Shown here piece by piece: positions 14,087-27,899 of a DNA stretch of 64,000 nucleotides. Positions within the stretch are counted from its first letter, which is position 1. Each line of letters starts with the position of its first letter. The notes under the pieces are model-generated. The model saw only the letters and a list, made by a program, of their open reading frames with translations, did not search any database and was not told where the DNA came from. Both the position numbers and the translations under genes were made by a program. This DNA is from Chiloscyllium plagiosum (taxonomy: Eukaryota), in assembly GCF_004010195.1 (NCBI RefSeq), contig NC_057724.1, forward strand, positions 60,773,687 to 60,837,686, given 5' to 3'.

Positions 14087-15521
14087 GAATAAAGGCAGGG
14101 AGCCTGAAGAGTGGAGAGATAAGCTAGAGGAGGGTGGGGGTGGGGAGAGAGTAGCATAGAGTACAATGGGTGAGTGGGAGAGGAGATGAAGGTGATAGGT
14201 CAGGGAGGAGAGGGTGGAGTGGATAGGTGGAAAAGGAGCTAGGCAGGTCGGACAAGTCAAGGGGACAGTGGAAACTAGGATGAGGTGGGGGAAGGAGAAA
14301 TGAGGAAGCTGTTGAAGTCCACATTGATGCCCTGGGGTTGAAGTGTTCCGAGGCGGAAGATGAGGCGTTCTTCCTCCAGGTATCTGGTGGTGAGGGAGCG
14401 GCGGTGAAGGAGGCCCACCTCCATGTCCTCGGCAGATTGGGAGGGGGAGTTGAAATGTTGGGCCACGGGGCGGTTTGGTTGATTGGTGCAGGTGTCTCGG
14501 AGATGTTCCCTAAAGGAGGACCAGTTCCACCATAGAACACACCAGATAGCCTCCTTCTTTAGAGACCGCAATTTCCCTTCCCACGTGGTAAAGATGCCCT
14601 CCAACGCATCTCATCCACATCCCACACCTCCGCCCTCAGACCCTACCCCTCCAACCGTAACAAGGACAGAACGTCCCTGGTGCTCACCTTCCACCCTACA
14701 AACCTCCGCATAAACAAAATCATCCGCCGACATTTCCGCCACCTCCAAAAAGACCCCACCACCAGGGATATATTTCCCTCCCAACCCCTTTCCGCGTTCC
14801 GCAAAGACCGTTCCCTCCGTGACTACCTGGTCAGGTCCACGCTCCCCTACGACCACCCTCCCATCCTGGCACTTTCCCCTGCCACCGCAGGAACTGTAAA
14901 ACCTGTGCCCACACCTCCTCCCTCACCTCTATCCAAGGCCCTAAAGGAGCCTTCCACATCCATCAAAGTTTTACCTGCACATCCACCAATATCATTTATT
15001 GTATCCGTTGCACCCGATACGGTCTCCTCTTCATTGGGGAGACTAGGCGCCTCCTAGCAGAGCGCTTTAGGGAACATCTCCGAGACACCCGCACCAATCA
15101 ACCAAACCGCCCCGTGGCCCAACATTTCAACTCCCCCTCCCACTCTGCCGAAGACATGGGGGTCCTGGGCCTCCTTCAACGCCGCTCCCTCACCACCAGA
15201 CGCCTGGAGGAAGAACGCCTCATCTTCCGCCTCGGAACACTTCAACCCCAGGGCATCAATATGGACTTCAACAGCTTCCTCATTTCCCCTTCCCCCACCT
15301 CATCCTAGTTTCAAACTTCCAGCTCCGCACTGTCCCCTTGACTTGTCCGGACTTGTCCAACCTGCCTAGCTCCTTTTCCACCTATCCACTCCACCCTCTC
15401 CTCCCTGACCTATCACCTTCATCTCCTCCCCCACTCACCCATTGTACTCTATGCTACTCTCTCCCCACCCCCACCCTCCTCTAGCTTATCTCTCCACGCT
15501 TCAGGCTCCCTGCCTTTATTC

Positions 15522-15549
15522 CTGATGAAGGGCTTTTGCCCGAAACGTC
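15522..15549 (+). ncRNA. Minimal hammerhead ribozyme motif (PLE terminal repeat)
   Basis: CTGATGA-A-GGGC-TTTT-GCCC-GAAACGTC. Confidence 0.7.
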
Positions 15550-17346
15550 GATTTCGCTGCTCGTTGGATGCTGCCTGAATTGCTGTGCTCTTCCATCCAC
15601 TGATCCAGAATCTGGTTTCCAGCATCTGCAGTCATTGTTTTTACACAGTTCTGCAACCCCCATCCAGTACATAATAGTTTAATTTTGTGGAATCCCTGGA
15701 AATTCATGAATGTTTCCAGGAATGCTTGATTGGATAAATCCAAATGTTTTCCTGATTCAATAATCAATCTAATACTTCCCTAAAAGCTGAGGTTGTCACT
15801 CACTCCATCCTTTTCATGGAAGTACTCCTTTTAAGTCTCATCCCCAAGATTTATAGAGGCATCCCACTCCCCCAGTAGGAATTAAAAATCAATTCTCCAT
15901 CTTTCTCCTGCACCTCCCAAATGACAATTCTGATTCATTTTAGGATGAGGCTTTCCAATTTAAGAGGGAATTCCTAACCGACAATGACACCTGGAATTCC
16001 CACTTGCAGCACAGACTGAGGTACTGAAGCTGGAGTATCCAGTACGAACAAGAGTTGGGAGCAGCAGCATACATTTATCCTTGTTTACCTACAAAACATG
16101 AACAGCAGTCTGAAATGAAAGCTGGTGTTCACTTTCAGCATATAGTTACATTGAAACTGCACAAAGGGAAATGGGAGCAAGTGAAATCACAATTCATGTT
16201 TAAATCGTTTTAGCTTTGTCTACATCACAGCAGAAATGTGATGCTGCTTCTTCAGCATCCAATTCAAGTCTGGCAATAGTCCACACTCTCCTCCAGATTA
16301 CCTTAAGGGAGAAGGGAATAGAGGGCTACGATAAGATGAAAAAAAAAGAGAAGCTCAAGTGACACATTACCCTAGAATGGACTACTAGACAGAACAGCCT
16401 TTCTTGTTTCTGCAGAGGGCTCTGGAGAGAGTAGTTAGGAAGAAACTTCCCACACACGAAAGGATTGAGAACATGATTCTGCGGTGGTCTTCACAGGGTG
16501 GCAGCTGAGAGGATGTTTCCTCACACTAGGAATCTAGAACTAGGGAATCTCTTTAGCAGGTGAAAAGTGGACCTGGATCATTGAATGTACTGGAGGTTGA
16601 ATTAGACAGATTTTTAATATACAAAGGAGTCAAAGTTTACAGGGTTGAGGCAGATTATAGGCAGAAAAGGGAATTAAGACCACAATCAAATGACCAACAA
16701 TTTTCTTGAAGGTGGAGCAGGCTTGATGGGGTGATTGGTCAATCCTGCTCCTAATTCTTATATTCTTACCATCTGAACGTTTCAGACATTATTCCTTTTG
16801 TTGAAAGTTCCTAATGAGAAATATTATAAAGTTGGATTGGCAGCAGTGCATGCAGCATAACAGCAAGTTTAAAAGTGCTCTTGAAAAAAGTAGTTCCTCT
16901 TCCCCTTTTCCATCAATTCCACTTTTAACTCTGCGTACCCAATAAAATCAAACTGGAATCTGAACATTCTGCATGAAAGCCTATAACCACTAGAAGCACA
17001 CTGAGAAGTTCTATTGTACTGCTGTTTTCCACATTGGGCATAGTAGCCAAATCAGGGTGCAGTTCACTTTAATAAGTATCATGGACCCATAAGGGGAAGT
17101 AGCCCTGATTTCGAACAGTGCCAAAATGTTCCCTGCAGGTAATTTGTTAAAGAAATTATGAAATACACTATAAACATTTTTTCCTACAATGAATGGTAAT
17201 AATTCCCGATTATCCCTTTTTATACTGATCGGAGGGTGAATACTGATTTTTAAATAAAAAAAAATAGACTTAAAGCACGGAACGTTTGTCAGTGTGAGTG
17301 TAATAAGTGCAGCAGCCAACAGTGTAGTAAGAAGTGGGACACAAAC

Positions 17347-17449
17347 CTTCACATGTATTGGGGAGTTTCACCCAATCGGAATCATCGTCGCCCCAGACTG
17401 GCCCAGAGAACAGCAAGAGGACTGATATCAGCCGGGTCACCGTCAGCAT
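17347..17449 (-). CDS. CNPY3: CNPY3 coding exon 1 (signal peptide plus DWVKLPNTCE)
   Basis: ATG at 17449; MLTVTRLISVLLLFSGPVWGDDDSDWVKLPNTCE G|gtttgt; resembles the CNPY3 DWVRLPSKCE motif; phase 1. Confidence 0.92.
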
Positions 17450-17559
17450 ATTGTTGTGATCATTAATGTAACAAAACAGAATAGAAAAGTGAAAATTAAA
17501 AAGCTGGTCAGTGGTCTTGTTCAATTGCCTTATCCATAAAGCCCAGGGCTGACTTCACC

Positions 17560-17720
17560 GAGAAATTGACACAGCCAGTTACGTTTTCACGTTGTATCCA
17601 TTTCCTCCTCGCTCCAACCAATCCCCGCGTCCGCCGTGTCCACTCCGACCAATCACGGCCACGCTAACAGAGCACGCGCAGCGCTCAGCTGTTTGTCTGG
17701 TGGGGGGTGGTGAGTAATTG
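17560..17720. promoter_or_regulatory. CNPY3 proximal promoter (CpG-rich, two CCAAT boxes)
   Basis: Local CpG enrichment just upstream of the ATG; CCAAT at 17618-17622 and 17649-17653. Confidence 0.6.
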
Positions 17721-17914
17721 GAAAGATGGAACATGGCAGTGGTGGTCAACGAGCAAAGCCTATCAGTCCTCCTCGTAAAGCTACACGTCCTTGTTTATTT
17801 CACACACCCGTCTCTCACTGCTTTCCTCCTACATTTCGACAGCGTACGATAATGGGCTCTTGTGCTTTAGCCCTGGCAGCTTGGCTAGATTATGATAGAG
17901 GAGCAAATTACTGA

Positions 17915-18520
17915 AAGTGCTGGAAGCTGTATTGAAAACAAAAACGCTGGAGATCACAGGGGGTCAGAGAGCATCCGTGAAGAGAGAACAAGCTAACGTT
18001 TCGAGACTCGATGACTCTTGATCAGAGTTATAATAGATGACAGATAGGTATATAGGATCCCATGCTATAATAACTCAGTTTTGAAGAAGGGTCACTTGAC
18101 CCGAAACATTAATTCTGCTTTCTCTCCACGGATGCTGCCAGACCTGCTGACTTTTTCTAACAATTGGGGTGACATGGTGGCTCAGTGGTTAGCACTGTTG
18201 CCTCACAGCACCAGGGATCCGGGTTTGATTCTAGCCTCGCGCGACTGTGTGGAGTTTGCACGTTCTCCCTGTGTCTGCGTGAGTTTCCTCCAGGTGCTCC
18301 AGTTACCTCCCACAATCCAAAGATGTGCAGGTCAGGTGAATTGGCCATGTTAAATTGCCCATAGTGTTAGGTGAATTAGTCAGAGGAAAATGGCTCCGGG
18401 TGGGTTACTCTTCAGAGGATCGGCGTGGACTGGTTGGGCCGAAGGGCCTGTTTCCATGCTGTAGGGAATCTAATTGCTGTTTTTGTTTTGGATTTCCAGC
18501 ATTCGCAATTCTTTGTTCAT
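17915..18520. mobile_element. Short palindromic PLE-derived element with degenerate hammerhead motifs, interrupted by a SINE
   Basis: Minus motif near 17993-18027 (CUGAUCA-A-GAGUC..GUCUC-GAAACGUU) and plus motif 18081-18110 (UUGAAGA-A-GGGUC-ACUU-GACCC-GAAACAUU). Confidence 0.6.
18167..18471 (+). mobile_element. HE1-type SINE
   Basis: Same head, V-domain and tail as the other copies; short AATT(G) duplication at the flanks. Confidence 0.9.
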
Positions 18521-19979
18521 TCCTTCCCCCACCCCCACCCCCAACACACACACAGACAAGCACTTTCAGAAGGAAAGTAAGCAGAATCTGTGGTCTGTTA
18601 GCAGAATATTAAGGTAACGCGGGCCAGTAATCCAGAGGCCTGGACTAACAGTCTGCAGACATGAGTTCCATATCCCCCACTGGCAGCTTGGAGAATTTAA
18701 ATTCAATTAAATTAATTTGGAACTGAAAGCTGGTCATTCGTAATCCTAACAGATGCTGCCATACCTGTTGAGTTTCCCCAGCAATTTTTGTTTTTGCTTG
18801 TGATTACGAAACGTTAACTCTGCTTTCTAAACTATTCCCTGAAATGGTATAGCAAGACATAACATTAACATGTCTTGCCACCATTTTCTTGAGGACAATT
18901 GAGGATGGAGATATATGCTGGTCTTAGAAGTGATGCACATTTTCATTGCACAAATACAAAGAAAAAGTGCCAGTGACTGCGGGTTAAACAGTTTGGGTGA
19001 TGTGCCTGACATTATTTAGTACCTAACATTGTGTGCAAACTGTGAGTTTTTTAATTCACTAATGGGATATGACTTGGCCTGCACTTATTGCTCACCCTGG
19101 TCACCCTAAGAAGGTGATGCTGAGCTACCTTTTTGAACTGCTGCAAACCATTTGGTGCAGGTACACCCACAAAGGAGGGAGTTCCACGATTTTGACCCAA
19201 CAACAGTGAAGGAATGGCTTCTCAATGTTGAGAGCAAAACATCCAATTTTTCAATCAAGTGTTGAACGCTCAGTTGAGATTCTCACGAGTGAGTGAGAAG
19301 CTTATTGGCCTTCAGTAACATCTCATTATTACTTAATCTTGTCTCATTGATATGCAGTTTCCCATTCCCCCACTCGCTGGATAGAAACTAAATGCTGAGA
19401 ATACTCGATATGAATGTCAGAATGGATATCTAATGACTCCATCTCACTGCTTGGTCCTCTGACCCTCTATCCTAGAAATGCAGTGCCAACATCTCAGGAC
19501 ACACTCCATGCACAGTTACTGAATGCATGTCACATCCACAGACACTGACATTTGACAGATACTAGCCTCACTGCACCCTCATGGCTCATCCCCAGTCCTT
19601 ACAATATGGTTCTGCATTTTAATGTTGCATTTTGGAATGGACCAACACCTTTCGTTGCAATTCTGGTAAAGAACAGTTTGTAAGCAGGTACAGGTCATTT
19701 TATGGTATGGACTAGGCTACATCTCAGGGATCCTTGCCTACTCTCTTAATGCTCAGTCAATTTGTGTCCACTTCGATGCTTCCAGAACAACTCTTTCTTG
19801 ACTATATACCACATGCTGCCACCTCTGGTGCTCTGTCCTCCCAATGGTCCGGACATATGTAAGGTTGCTGATGATGGAGTCTGGAACATTGTAAGGTTTG
19901 ATTCCCTGACTATAACTATTGTTATCTCAGCTGACGTTATAGAATCAGACAGATTGCATGCAATTCTGGTCTCATTTCT

Positions 19980-20472
19980 ATTGGAGTTCAGAAAAGATTT
20001 ACAAGGATGTTGCCAGGGTTGGAGGATTTGAGCTTTATGGAGAGGCTGAATAGGCTGGGGCATCGAAGACTGGGGGTGGATAGGATAAACCTTATAGAGG
20101 TTTATAAAATCATGAAGGGCATGGATAGGATAAATAGACAAACTCTTCTCCCTGGAGTGGGGGAGTCCAGAACTAGAGGACAGAGTTTTAAAGATGAGAA
20201 GGGAAAGACATAAAAGGGACCTAGGAGGAATGTTTTCACACAGAGGGTGGTGCCTGTATGGAATGAGCTGCCAGAGGAAGAGGTACAAACTAGTATAATT
20301 ACAGCATTTAAAAGGCATCTGGATGGGTAAATGAATAGGAAGGGTTTAGAGGGATATGGGACAAGTGCTGGCAAGTGGGACTAGATTGGGTTGGGATATC
20401 CAAGCATGTGGATGGATTGGACCAAAGGGTCTGTTTCTGTGCTGTATATCTCTATGACTCTATGATTCTATG
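19980..20472 (+). mobile_element. CR1 LINE 3' end
   Basis: ORF 20007-20213 (MLPGLEDLS...IEVYKIMKGMDR) and (CTATGACT)n tail. Confidence 0.9.
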
Positions 20473-23379
20473 GTCTTTCACTGAAACATAAACATGCAAT
20501 GCTGCTGAATTGGTTTTAACTATAAAACAGATATTTGTTCTATTAAATAAATAAAAATAAAGTAAAACAAACTGATCTATCTAAATATAACACAGTTTGA
20601 AAGATTTCAGAGCAAAATCTTACCTATTTTCAACACCATGACTCTTCAGTTACACACAATCGAGAAATTTCCCTTTGTTATCAAATCTGTTATTTTGACT
20701 AAACTGTTTTTTCCTCAGTTCTTGTCCTTTGAGTTGTGAAGTCATTTCCTTGAATCCTCACCAACTGAGATCTAAGATTTTCTCAACTTTGAATAACCAA
20801 CGCAGATTTTGAACCAAACACTCCTGGTCTGGAAGTTTCACAAATTACGCACTTTCCCTGAGGTAACTTATTCCCTAATTGCACTGAACAATCTTTTTGA
20901 CTAGGAGAGATTATGTTGGCATTTGATGTCAGTCAGGTCTTCTTTGAATTGTGCAAAAGTTTTCCAATCTCTGAGATTTTGTAAACTAGAATCAGTCCTT
21001 AAATATTCTAAACCCAAAGCAAGCTAATGTCTTTCAATGCTTTCTCTCTCCTGTTGTAGACCTACACAACATAAATAAACTTCCGTTAACTATCCTGGAG
21101 GCACATATTCATTTAAAATCTTGGAAAGATCTATCTTGTTAATTTTTAAATTGCTGTATGAAAATAGACCAACGCTCATGTGCTATTAGTTTAAAATCCA
21201 AACTGTTAAAAGAACGATACAAGTCTCCATAGATCATAATTCATCATCCTCATCACAATATATCAGACTGTTATTTGACTGGATTTCAATTTCATTTTCA
21301 TTTCCTGTCCCTAGGTTGATGCCAGGTTATTTTCCCCAGTTTCATTCCTATCTTTAGGCTATGTAACAGTTTGATACAACTGAGTGGCTTGCTGGACTAT
21401 TTCAGAGTCAACCACAATGCTGTGATCTGGATGGAGTCTGATATAGACAAACCAGGTAAGGAAGGCAGATAACCTTCCATCCAGGTACTTCAGGAACCAG
21501 ATGAGTTTTTTTTCACACTTTACAGTGGTTACATGGTCACCATTAGGCTAGTTATTTAATTTTAGATTTTATTACTCCATATTTCACCAGAAATTCTACA
21601 CCTCATATAATGTCATCTTTGAATGATACAATATTAATATAATGCTCTTTTCTAAACATTATGAATAAATTATGTCTTTGGAAGAAAAAGAAACAGCTTA
21701 GCTGGTTGTGACACAAGCCCTTCCCATCAGATCCTAATTGCCTACTCTGAATCCTACTCCTGATACATGCTGTCCTTGAGACAGTTAAAGTGGCGAAGAG
21801 CCTGTTGCACAACTCCATCTGAAATGTATCTTTGCAAAGCAGACCTGGAAAGATTTGCAGTAGTTTTTATTGCGGTTCATCTCAAGTAAGACTCTGCCCA
21901 ACAGGCTGTCCTCATGGATGTACTCTTAGACAAATGCCATCTGATGCTGGAGGATAAGCAACTCAGTGAAACATTCTCTTTGATCTGCCCAAAACTGGGG
22001 GGGTCTTCCTATACAAATTGTTATCCACAACTGAGTGTTGTAGACTGGTGCATTGCAAGATCCATGAGCACATATTGAAAGACACAATAATGTTTGAATT
22101 AGAGTGGTGCTGGAAAAACAATAATGTTTGGGACAGTTGCTAAGAGTAGATCTATTCTGTTTTGCCACTCAATGAGATCATTGCTGTTCTGCAACCTAAT
22201 TTTTGCACCCGCTTTTGTCTGATCTTCCTTAGTATCTGCTTAAAATAGATAAATGAATCAGATTTCAAATTAATAAATGATCTAGCAACAATTGCCAGTT
22301 GTGAAAGAATTGCTAAATTCTACCATTCTTCGTATGTAGATTTATTACCTAAATTCATGCTTTAGGTATGTCTCCTTATGCTAGACTATCCAACCAACAG
22401 AAATATTTTAAATTTATCTATCTAAACCTTGTAATAGCTTAAAACGCCCATCAAGTTGCCACATACACGTGTAAATTCCAGGAAATATAACCCTAGCTTG
22501 TATAATCTCTCCACATAACTAAACGCTTGACTCCATGCTTTATTCTTATAAATCTACATCTCACTTCATCCAAGGCCAATATATCAGGCTAAATTTTACC
22601 AGAAATTATTTGTCTTTTTGGCAAGTTTCAAGGAGATATGAGCCCTATTATCTTTTTTCTCACAGTATTATCTACAACTCACCTCATTAGCTATGCAACA
22701 CACTCTTATGGCACCCTGCTCTTTCTATCTTCCCTCTCTCCAGAGACAAAAGTACTCCATGACCTCATAGGATTTTTGGTGTCAATGCCACTTTTAAAGC
22801 ACACTCATAAACCAGGCTGACTGCTGCCACCTACAAGTTACCCTTCATCATGAAAGTGGCAGGATTGGAATGAAAAAGGAACATTTCTAAGGGTACAGAG
22901 GTAGTACAACTGACACTTAATTGTAACTAGAACTACACATTCATAAATGTATTTCTATTTTCAAACCAAGTTACATACACTATCTGTCCTTAGTGTCATC
23001 CCATCTTAGAAACCTGTTTAAGACAGTACTACTCTTTCTCTAGTCGCCAGTGTAGCCTAACATTCTTTCATTGTTCAAGGTAGGAGTATGTCATATTCAA
23101 AATCCTTCAAATGGGAACAGGCAAGGACTGCTTGCTTTTCAAGCAGAAAAAACATTACAATAAATGAGCGATCACTGCTCCCAGCTCAAAACTAGAAATG
23201 GTGTCAATTAAATCATGCCTGGATTTTTTGTGCTCTGATGCTACAATGTACTAAGGTGCAGAAGGTAACGTGTTATCTTCTCAATGCCCTCTCGTCATTG
23301 GAAGAGTGCTGCTGCATTTGCAGTTCTAAAGAGTTCGTCAGCATTGCCTCTTTGCCATAACATGCAAGGATGATTTACA

Positions 23380-23845
23380 GGGAGAAAGTGAGGTCTGCAG
23401 ATGCTGGAGATCAGAGTTGAGAGTGTGGCATCCGAGGAGCAGGTGAATCGACATTTCAGGCATAAGCCCTTCATCAGGATGATGTACACTCTGTCTCAAC
23501 TGTACTGCAAGGGCACACACCATCCCTCTACACTCACACCCTGGACTGAGTCAAATATTGGGAACCATCTTCAGCAGACCTATCATCTGTTCTACAATGG
23601 CCCTGGTTGAAGAATGGGTCATGACGAGAATGTGGTGCTGGAAAGACATAGCATGTCAGACAGCATCCAAGGAGCAGGAGAATCGACGTTTCGGGATGAG
23701 GCCCTTCATATTCTCATTCCTGATGAAGGGCCTATGCCCAAAACATTGACTTTCCTGCTCCTCAGATGCTGCCTGACATGCTATGTCTTTCCAGCACCAC
23801 ACTATTGACTCCGATCTCCAGCACCTGCAGTCCTCACTATCTCCT
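23380..23845. mobile_element. Cluster of short PLE-terminal-repeat elements, including a head-to-head palindrome at about 23625-23845
   Basis: GTGGTGCTGGAAAGACATAGCATGTCAG...CTGACATGCTATGTCTTTCCAGCACCAC inverted arms with central hammerhead-like motifs. Confidence 0.75.
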
Positions 23846-24559
23846 CCTTGAAGAATGGGTCGCATTATAAATTGCCTCAACTCTATTTGGGGTTGCATAA
23901 CTCAGTCAACAGTCATAGTTGCAGAGGATAACCCTTTTCTCCCAGTAGCTATCCCTGTAAATAATACAATACTTGACAGCATAGCAGATCATTTCATACC
24001 GTGGAACTCTCACTGATACAGATGTAGTAGTGTGTTTGCTGCTCATGTGAATGGTGCACGTTGAGGTTGATGTAATGTGGTCCTGAAGAGCAACATGACT
24101 GATCGTACCTGACAACTGTGACAGGCTGCCTAGCTTTGGGACTGTGCTAAACATCAAAGCAAGACAGAAGAAATGTGTGCCTTTAAGTTTTGGTTGAGGA
24201 GGCAAAGTGCAGAATGGCAAAAAAGGCAGGGCAAGATAAAGCAGGCAAATGCAGAGAAGCTGTGAGCATTCACATAGATACAAAGTGAATGAGCTCAAGG
24301 GGACTAGGCGAGAAACTCTGACATACATCCTGGTCGAATCAAGAGTGCTGTTGCTGCATTAGAGTGATAGATGGGTGGTGCGCTCTGAAGCATTGAAGTA
24401 CAGAACTGTATTGTAAGTGAGTTGAAGATGTACCATGATGGCACAATAAATCTGGGGCATGTCTAATGCCAACCTCAGATTAGGGATGCAACTAGCTATT
24501 GTCCTTGGAATGTGCCCAGAGACTTTGTGATTGGCTGAAAAATATGGAGGCCCAGAGGG

Positions 24560-24740
24560 ATGGTGTGGTGGCTCAGTGGTTATCACTGCTGCCTCACAGC
24601 TCTGGGGACCTGAGTTCAATTCCAACTTTGGTAGAATGTCTATTTGGAGTTTGCACATTCTCCTTATGTCTGTGTGGATTTTCTCCGGGTGCTCCAGTTA
24701 CCTCCCACAGTTCAAAGATGTGCAGGTTAGGTGGCTAGGT
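24560..24740 (+). mobile_element. HE1-type SINE, 3'-truncated
   Basis: Head and V-domain present, tail missing. Confidence 0.8.
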
Positions 24741-25607
24741 TAGCAGAACAGAGTGCAGAACACAGTGTTACGGCTTTAGAGAAGGTGCAGGGAAAGACAG
24801 TAACATTTGAGAGGATGGTTCAAAAGTCTGACAACAGTGGAGAAGAAGCTGTTCTTGAATTTTCTACACTTTAACCCGGTCACTTTATTTCTTAATATAG
24901 TCTTTGTAAGTTTATGCTTCCATCTACTCAGCTAACAACGCTGCCAATGTTTGCAATATTGACAACCTTTAATGTGTGGCTTTCTATCCTATTATTAAGC
25001 TGTTAATAAAAATAATGAATATTTGAAGTCCCAACATAAATATTAGTGGGAAACCATTTGTAACACCATGACAATTAAAATAATTGTCAATTGTCCCTAT
25101 TTAGTCTTACTTATTGCAAAGCCAATTTCTTAATCTGGTCAATGATTTGTCTTGAATTCCATACGCTTTATCATTAGTTAACAGTCTCCAATGAAAAACT
25201 GTATTGAATGTCATCTGGAAATTCTATATACATTCCCCAGTCCACTACTGCAGCCACCTCTTTCAAACAGGTTTGTAAGCCACGTTCTTACGTTTTACAA
25301 ATCTCTGTTGGCGCTCTGATTAGCTAATCTAACCGTTTCCCAAAAACAGGAGTTGGACTATCTAGCCTATAATTTCTGAGCTTCTCCCTCTCATCATTCT
25401 TAAACGTTTAGTGGTATATGCAAATTTCTAATCTAAAGAAGCTATTTCAAAATCCTGAGGTAGAGCATCTGCAATGTTCTGAAGACTTCCTTTGAAACCC
25501 TGCATGGAAATCAACTAATCCTGGTAATTTATCACTTTTTAGTGTCTGTATTGCCCTCAATTCTGTAATTTTGCTTGTTGTAAGCTTAGGAGACTCTGTT
25601 CCTTAAT

Positions 25608-26536
25608 TCAATATTATATTACTTGGGACACCCTCTGCAAAGTTGCTACTCTAACTGAATTATGCATTTCAGTAACATACACTACAGGCTTTAAAAACAC
25701 GCTTCAAGAACATGACTTTTAAAGACTTCCAAAAGCATTTTAGAGAGGTTGCTAGAAATGTTGATTTTGTTGTGCTGACCTGTTTATCTCACTAAGTTTA
25801 AAAATATGACCAACTTTAAGAATATGCTAGCACTTTGGAAGAGATTGCAAGGAAGGTTGACTTTGATGTGCAAACTTACTTTTTTAGTACACAGGGATAC
25901 ATTTTTTATATAATATACAGCAGATATTAAGAATATATCCACATATTGGAAATCTTTGCTGGACTGCATGATTTTATGATGCAATGTTGCTCTCTGAGTT
26001 ATGTATTTTACTAATGTAAACAGCAGATTTTAAGATTATGGAGGCCTGTGACCAGCGTTGTGCAGTAAAGATTCTATGACATCCAGTAAGCTAAGTACTT
26101 CTTCAGCTGTGCATACTGATACAACACAATTATTCAGCCTGTTCAACATGTTGTTATTTTCATGAAAAATATCATCATTATCAATTATCAAGCAGCTCAT
26201 ATCACTGTTCTTCATTTTCTTAACATCATTTTTGTGCTACTATTCTTAGACCTTGAAAGTTTCTGTTTGCAGATTTTTTCAGTTTTGTCCCTTCATTGGC
26301 TTCATTATATCTCTCCCATTCAGCAGAATCATACGTTTTGGTATGCTTCATTTTGTTTTATATTGTCTCATCATTTGAGTCAATATTACTTTACTTGGGA
26401 TATCTTCTGCAAAGTTGCTACTGTAACTGAATTATGCATTTCAGTAACATACACTACAGGCTTTAAAAACATGCTTCAAGAACATGACATTTGAAGACTT
26501 CCAAAAGCTTTTTAGAGAAGTTGCTAGAAATGTTGA
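25608..26536 (+). repeat. 157-bp direct repeat pair (25608-25764 and 26380-26536)
   Basis: Both copies read TCAATATTA...CTGCAAAGTTGCTACT.TAACTGAATTATGCATTTCAGTAACATACACTACAGGCTTTAAAAACA...GCTAGAAATGTTGA. Confidence 0.9.
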
Positions 26537-26977
26537 AATATATTTCTAGCCATGCAGAGTCTTGGCTCTTAGGGTTAAAAAATGAGTACCTGGAATTCCC
26601 TCTCTAATGGCACTGTGGGTCAACCCACAGCAGGTGGACTGCAAGGGATCAGGAAGGTATCTCATCCCCATCTTATCAAGGCCAATCAGGGATGGGCAAT
26701 AAATGATGGCCAACTAATGACACCCACATCCCACAAATGAATTTTTAAAAACACACTAATTCTTTTTTTTTAACAGCAGCCACTGAAATTTTATACATTA
26801 ATGAATTTCCCACACTTAGTATCTGTTGACAGTCTTTTTCTTTGCATTGAAGTCAGCCTTAACCTAAGTTTAATAGCTGTTTCATGTTTCACTTTTTCAA
26901 AATCTATGTTGAACTCAATAATATTATCACCCTTAGTAGAGAATGTGATACACTGTTAGACCATTAATTAAATGTGG

Positions 26978-27565
26978 CTCATGGGAGTGTGATGTTGAGG
27001 TTGGACAAGATGTTGATGAGTCACCTTCTGGAGCACTGTGTCCAGTTTTAGTTGCCCTGTTACAGAAAGGTTAATATTAAGCTGGAAAAGGTTCAGAAAA
27101 TATTTACCGGACGTTGCCAGGAATGGAAGGCTTGAGTTACAAGGAGAGGCTGGATAGACCGGAATCTTTTTTCACTGGAGCATAAGAGGTTGAGAGGCGA
27201 TCTGATAGAGGTTTTTAAAATCATGAGACGTACAATAAACTGAACGGCTGGTGTTTTTTTTTCCCAGGTGGGGGGATTTCAAGACCAGGGGGGATATTTT
27301 TAATGTGAGAAGAGAACGATTTAATAAAGGTATGAAGAGCAGCTTTTTTTACAAAGAGCGGTTTGTGTGCGGAATGAACTTTCAGAGAAAGTGGCGGATA
27401 TGGGTAACACTTACAATGTTTAAAAGACATTTGGATTAGTAATGTTTGGAGGGAAATGGGCCAAGCCCAGGCAGGTGGGACTAGTTTAGTTTTGGGAGAA
27501 TGGTCAACATGGACTGGTTGGACCGAAGGTGTTTCCGTGGTGTATGACTGTATGACCCTATGACC
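26978..27565 (+). mobile_element. CR1 LINE 3' fragment
   Basis: LEHCVQF / KLEKVQK / RGDLIEVFKIM remnants and (TATGAC)n tail. Confidence 0.85.
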
Positions 27566-27899
27566 AAATCTAATGTGACGTGCCCTTGTTGATTAAAGAA
27601 AATTATGTTGAACGTACTCTAGGACTTCATTCAAAAGGGCAAAATGGTAGCAGAGGATAAGGAACCTTAATGGTTAGGGATGAAATTACATCAATGAATG
27701 GGAAAGATATACCGACAGGTAATTGGAGTGAAGACGTTTTGGGTAGAATTTGTTAGATAAAGGAACTGGAGTGGCAGTTGTTTAGGTGCCTCCTCACAGT
27801 GAAGATTGAAACAGCAGCATGCCTTTAATAGTGGATTTTAACTTGAGTATAGATTAGAATAAGCAGATAAGCACATATTAAAAGCACAAAGGCAGAATG

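Larger units (their letters stand above)
14005..15643 (+). mobile_element. Penelope-like element (Neptune-type GIY-YIG end) with an inverted terminal copy
   Basis: GIY-YIG remnant IIYCIRC...IGETRRLLAERFREHL...VAQHFN...RLGTLQPQGIN; about 14005-14515 is an inverted copy of about 15065-15600; 14-bp TSD CACAGTTCTGCAAC at 13991-14004 and 15644-15657. Confidence 0.9.

Noticed and set aside
17726-17914. 62-aa ORF divergent from the CNPY3 promoter
   Set aside because: No recognisable homology or splice structure; length expected by chance.
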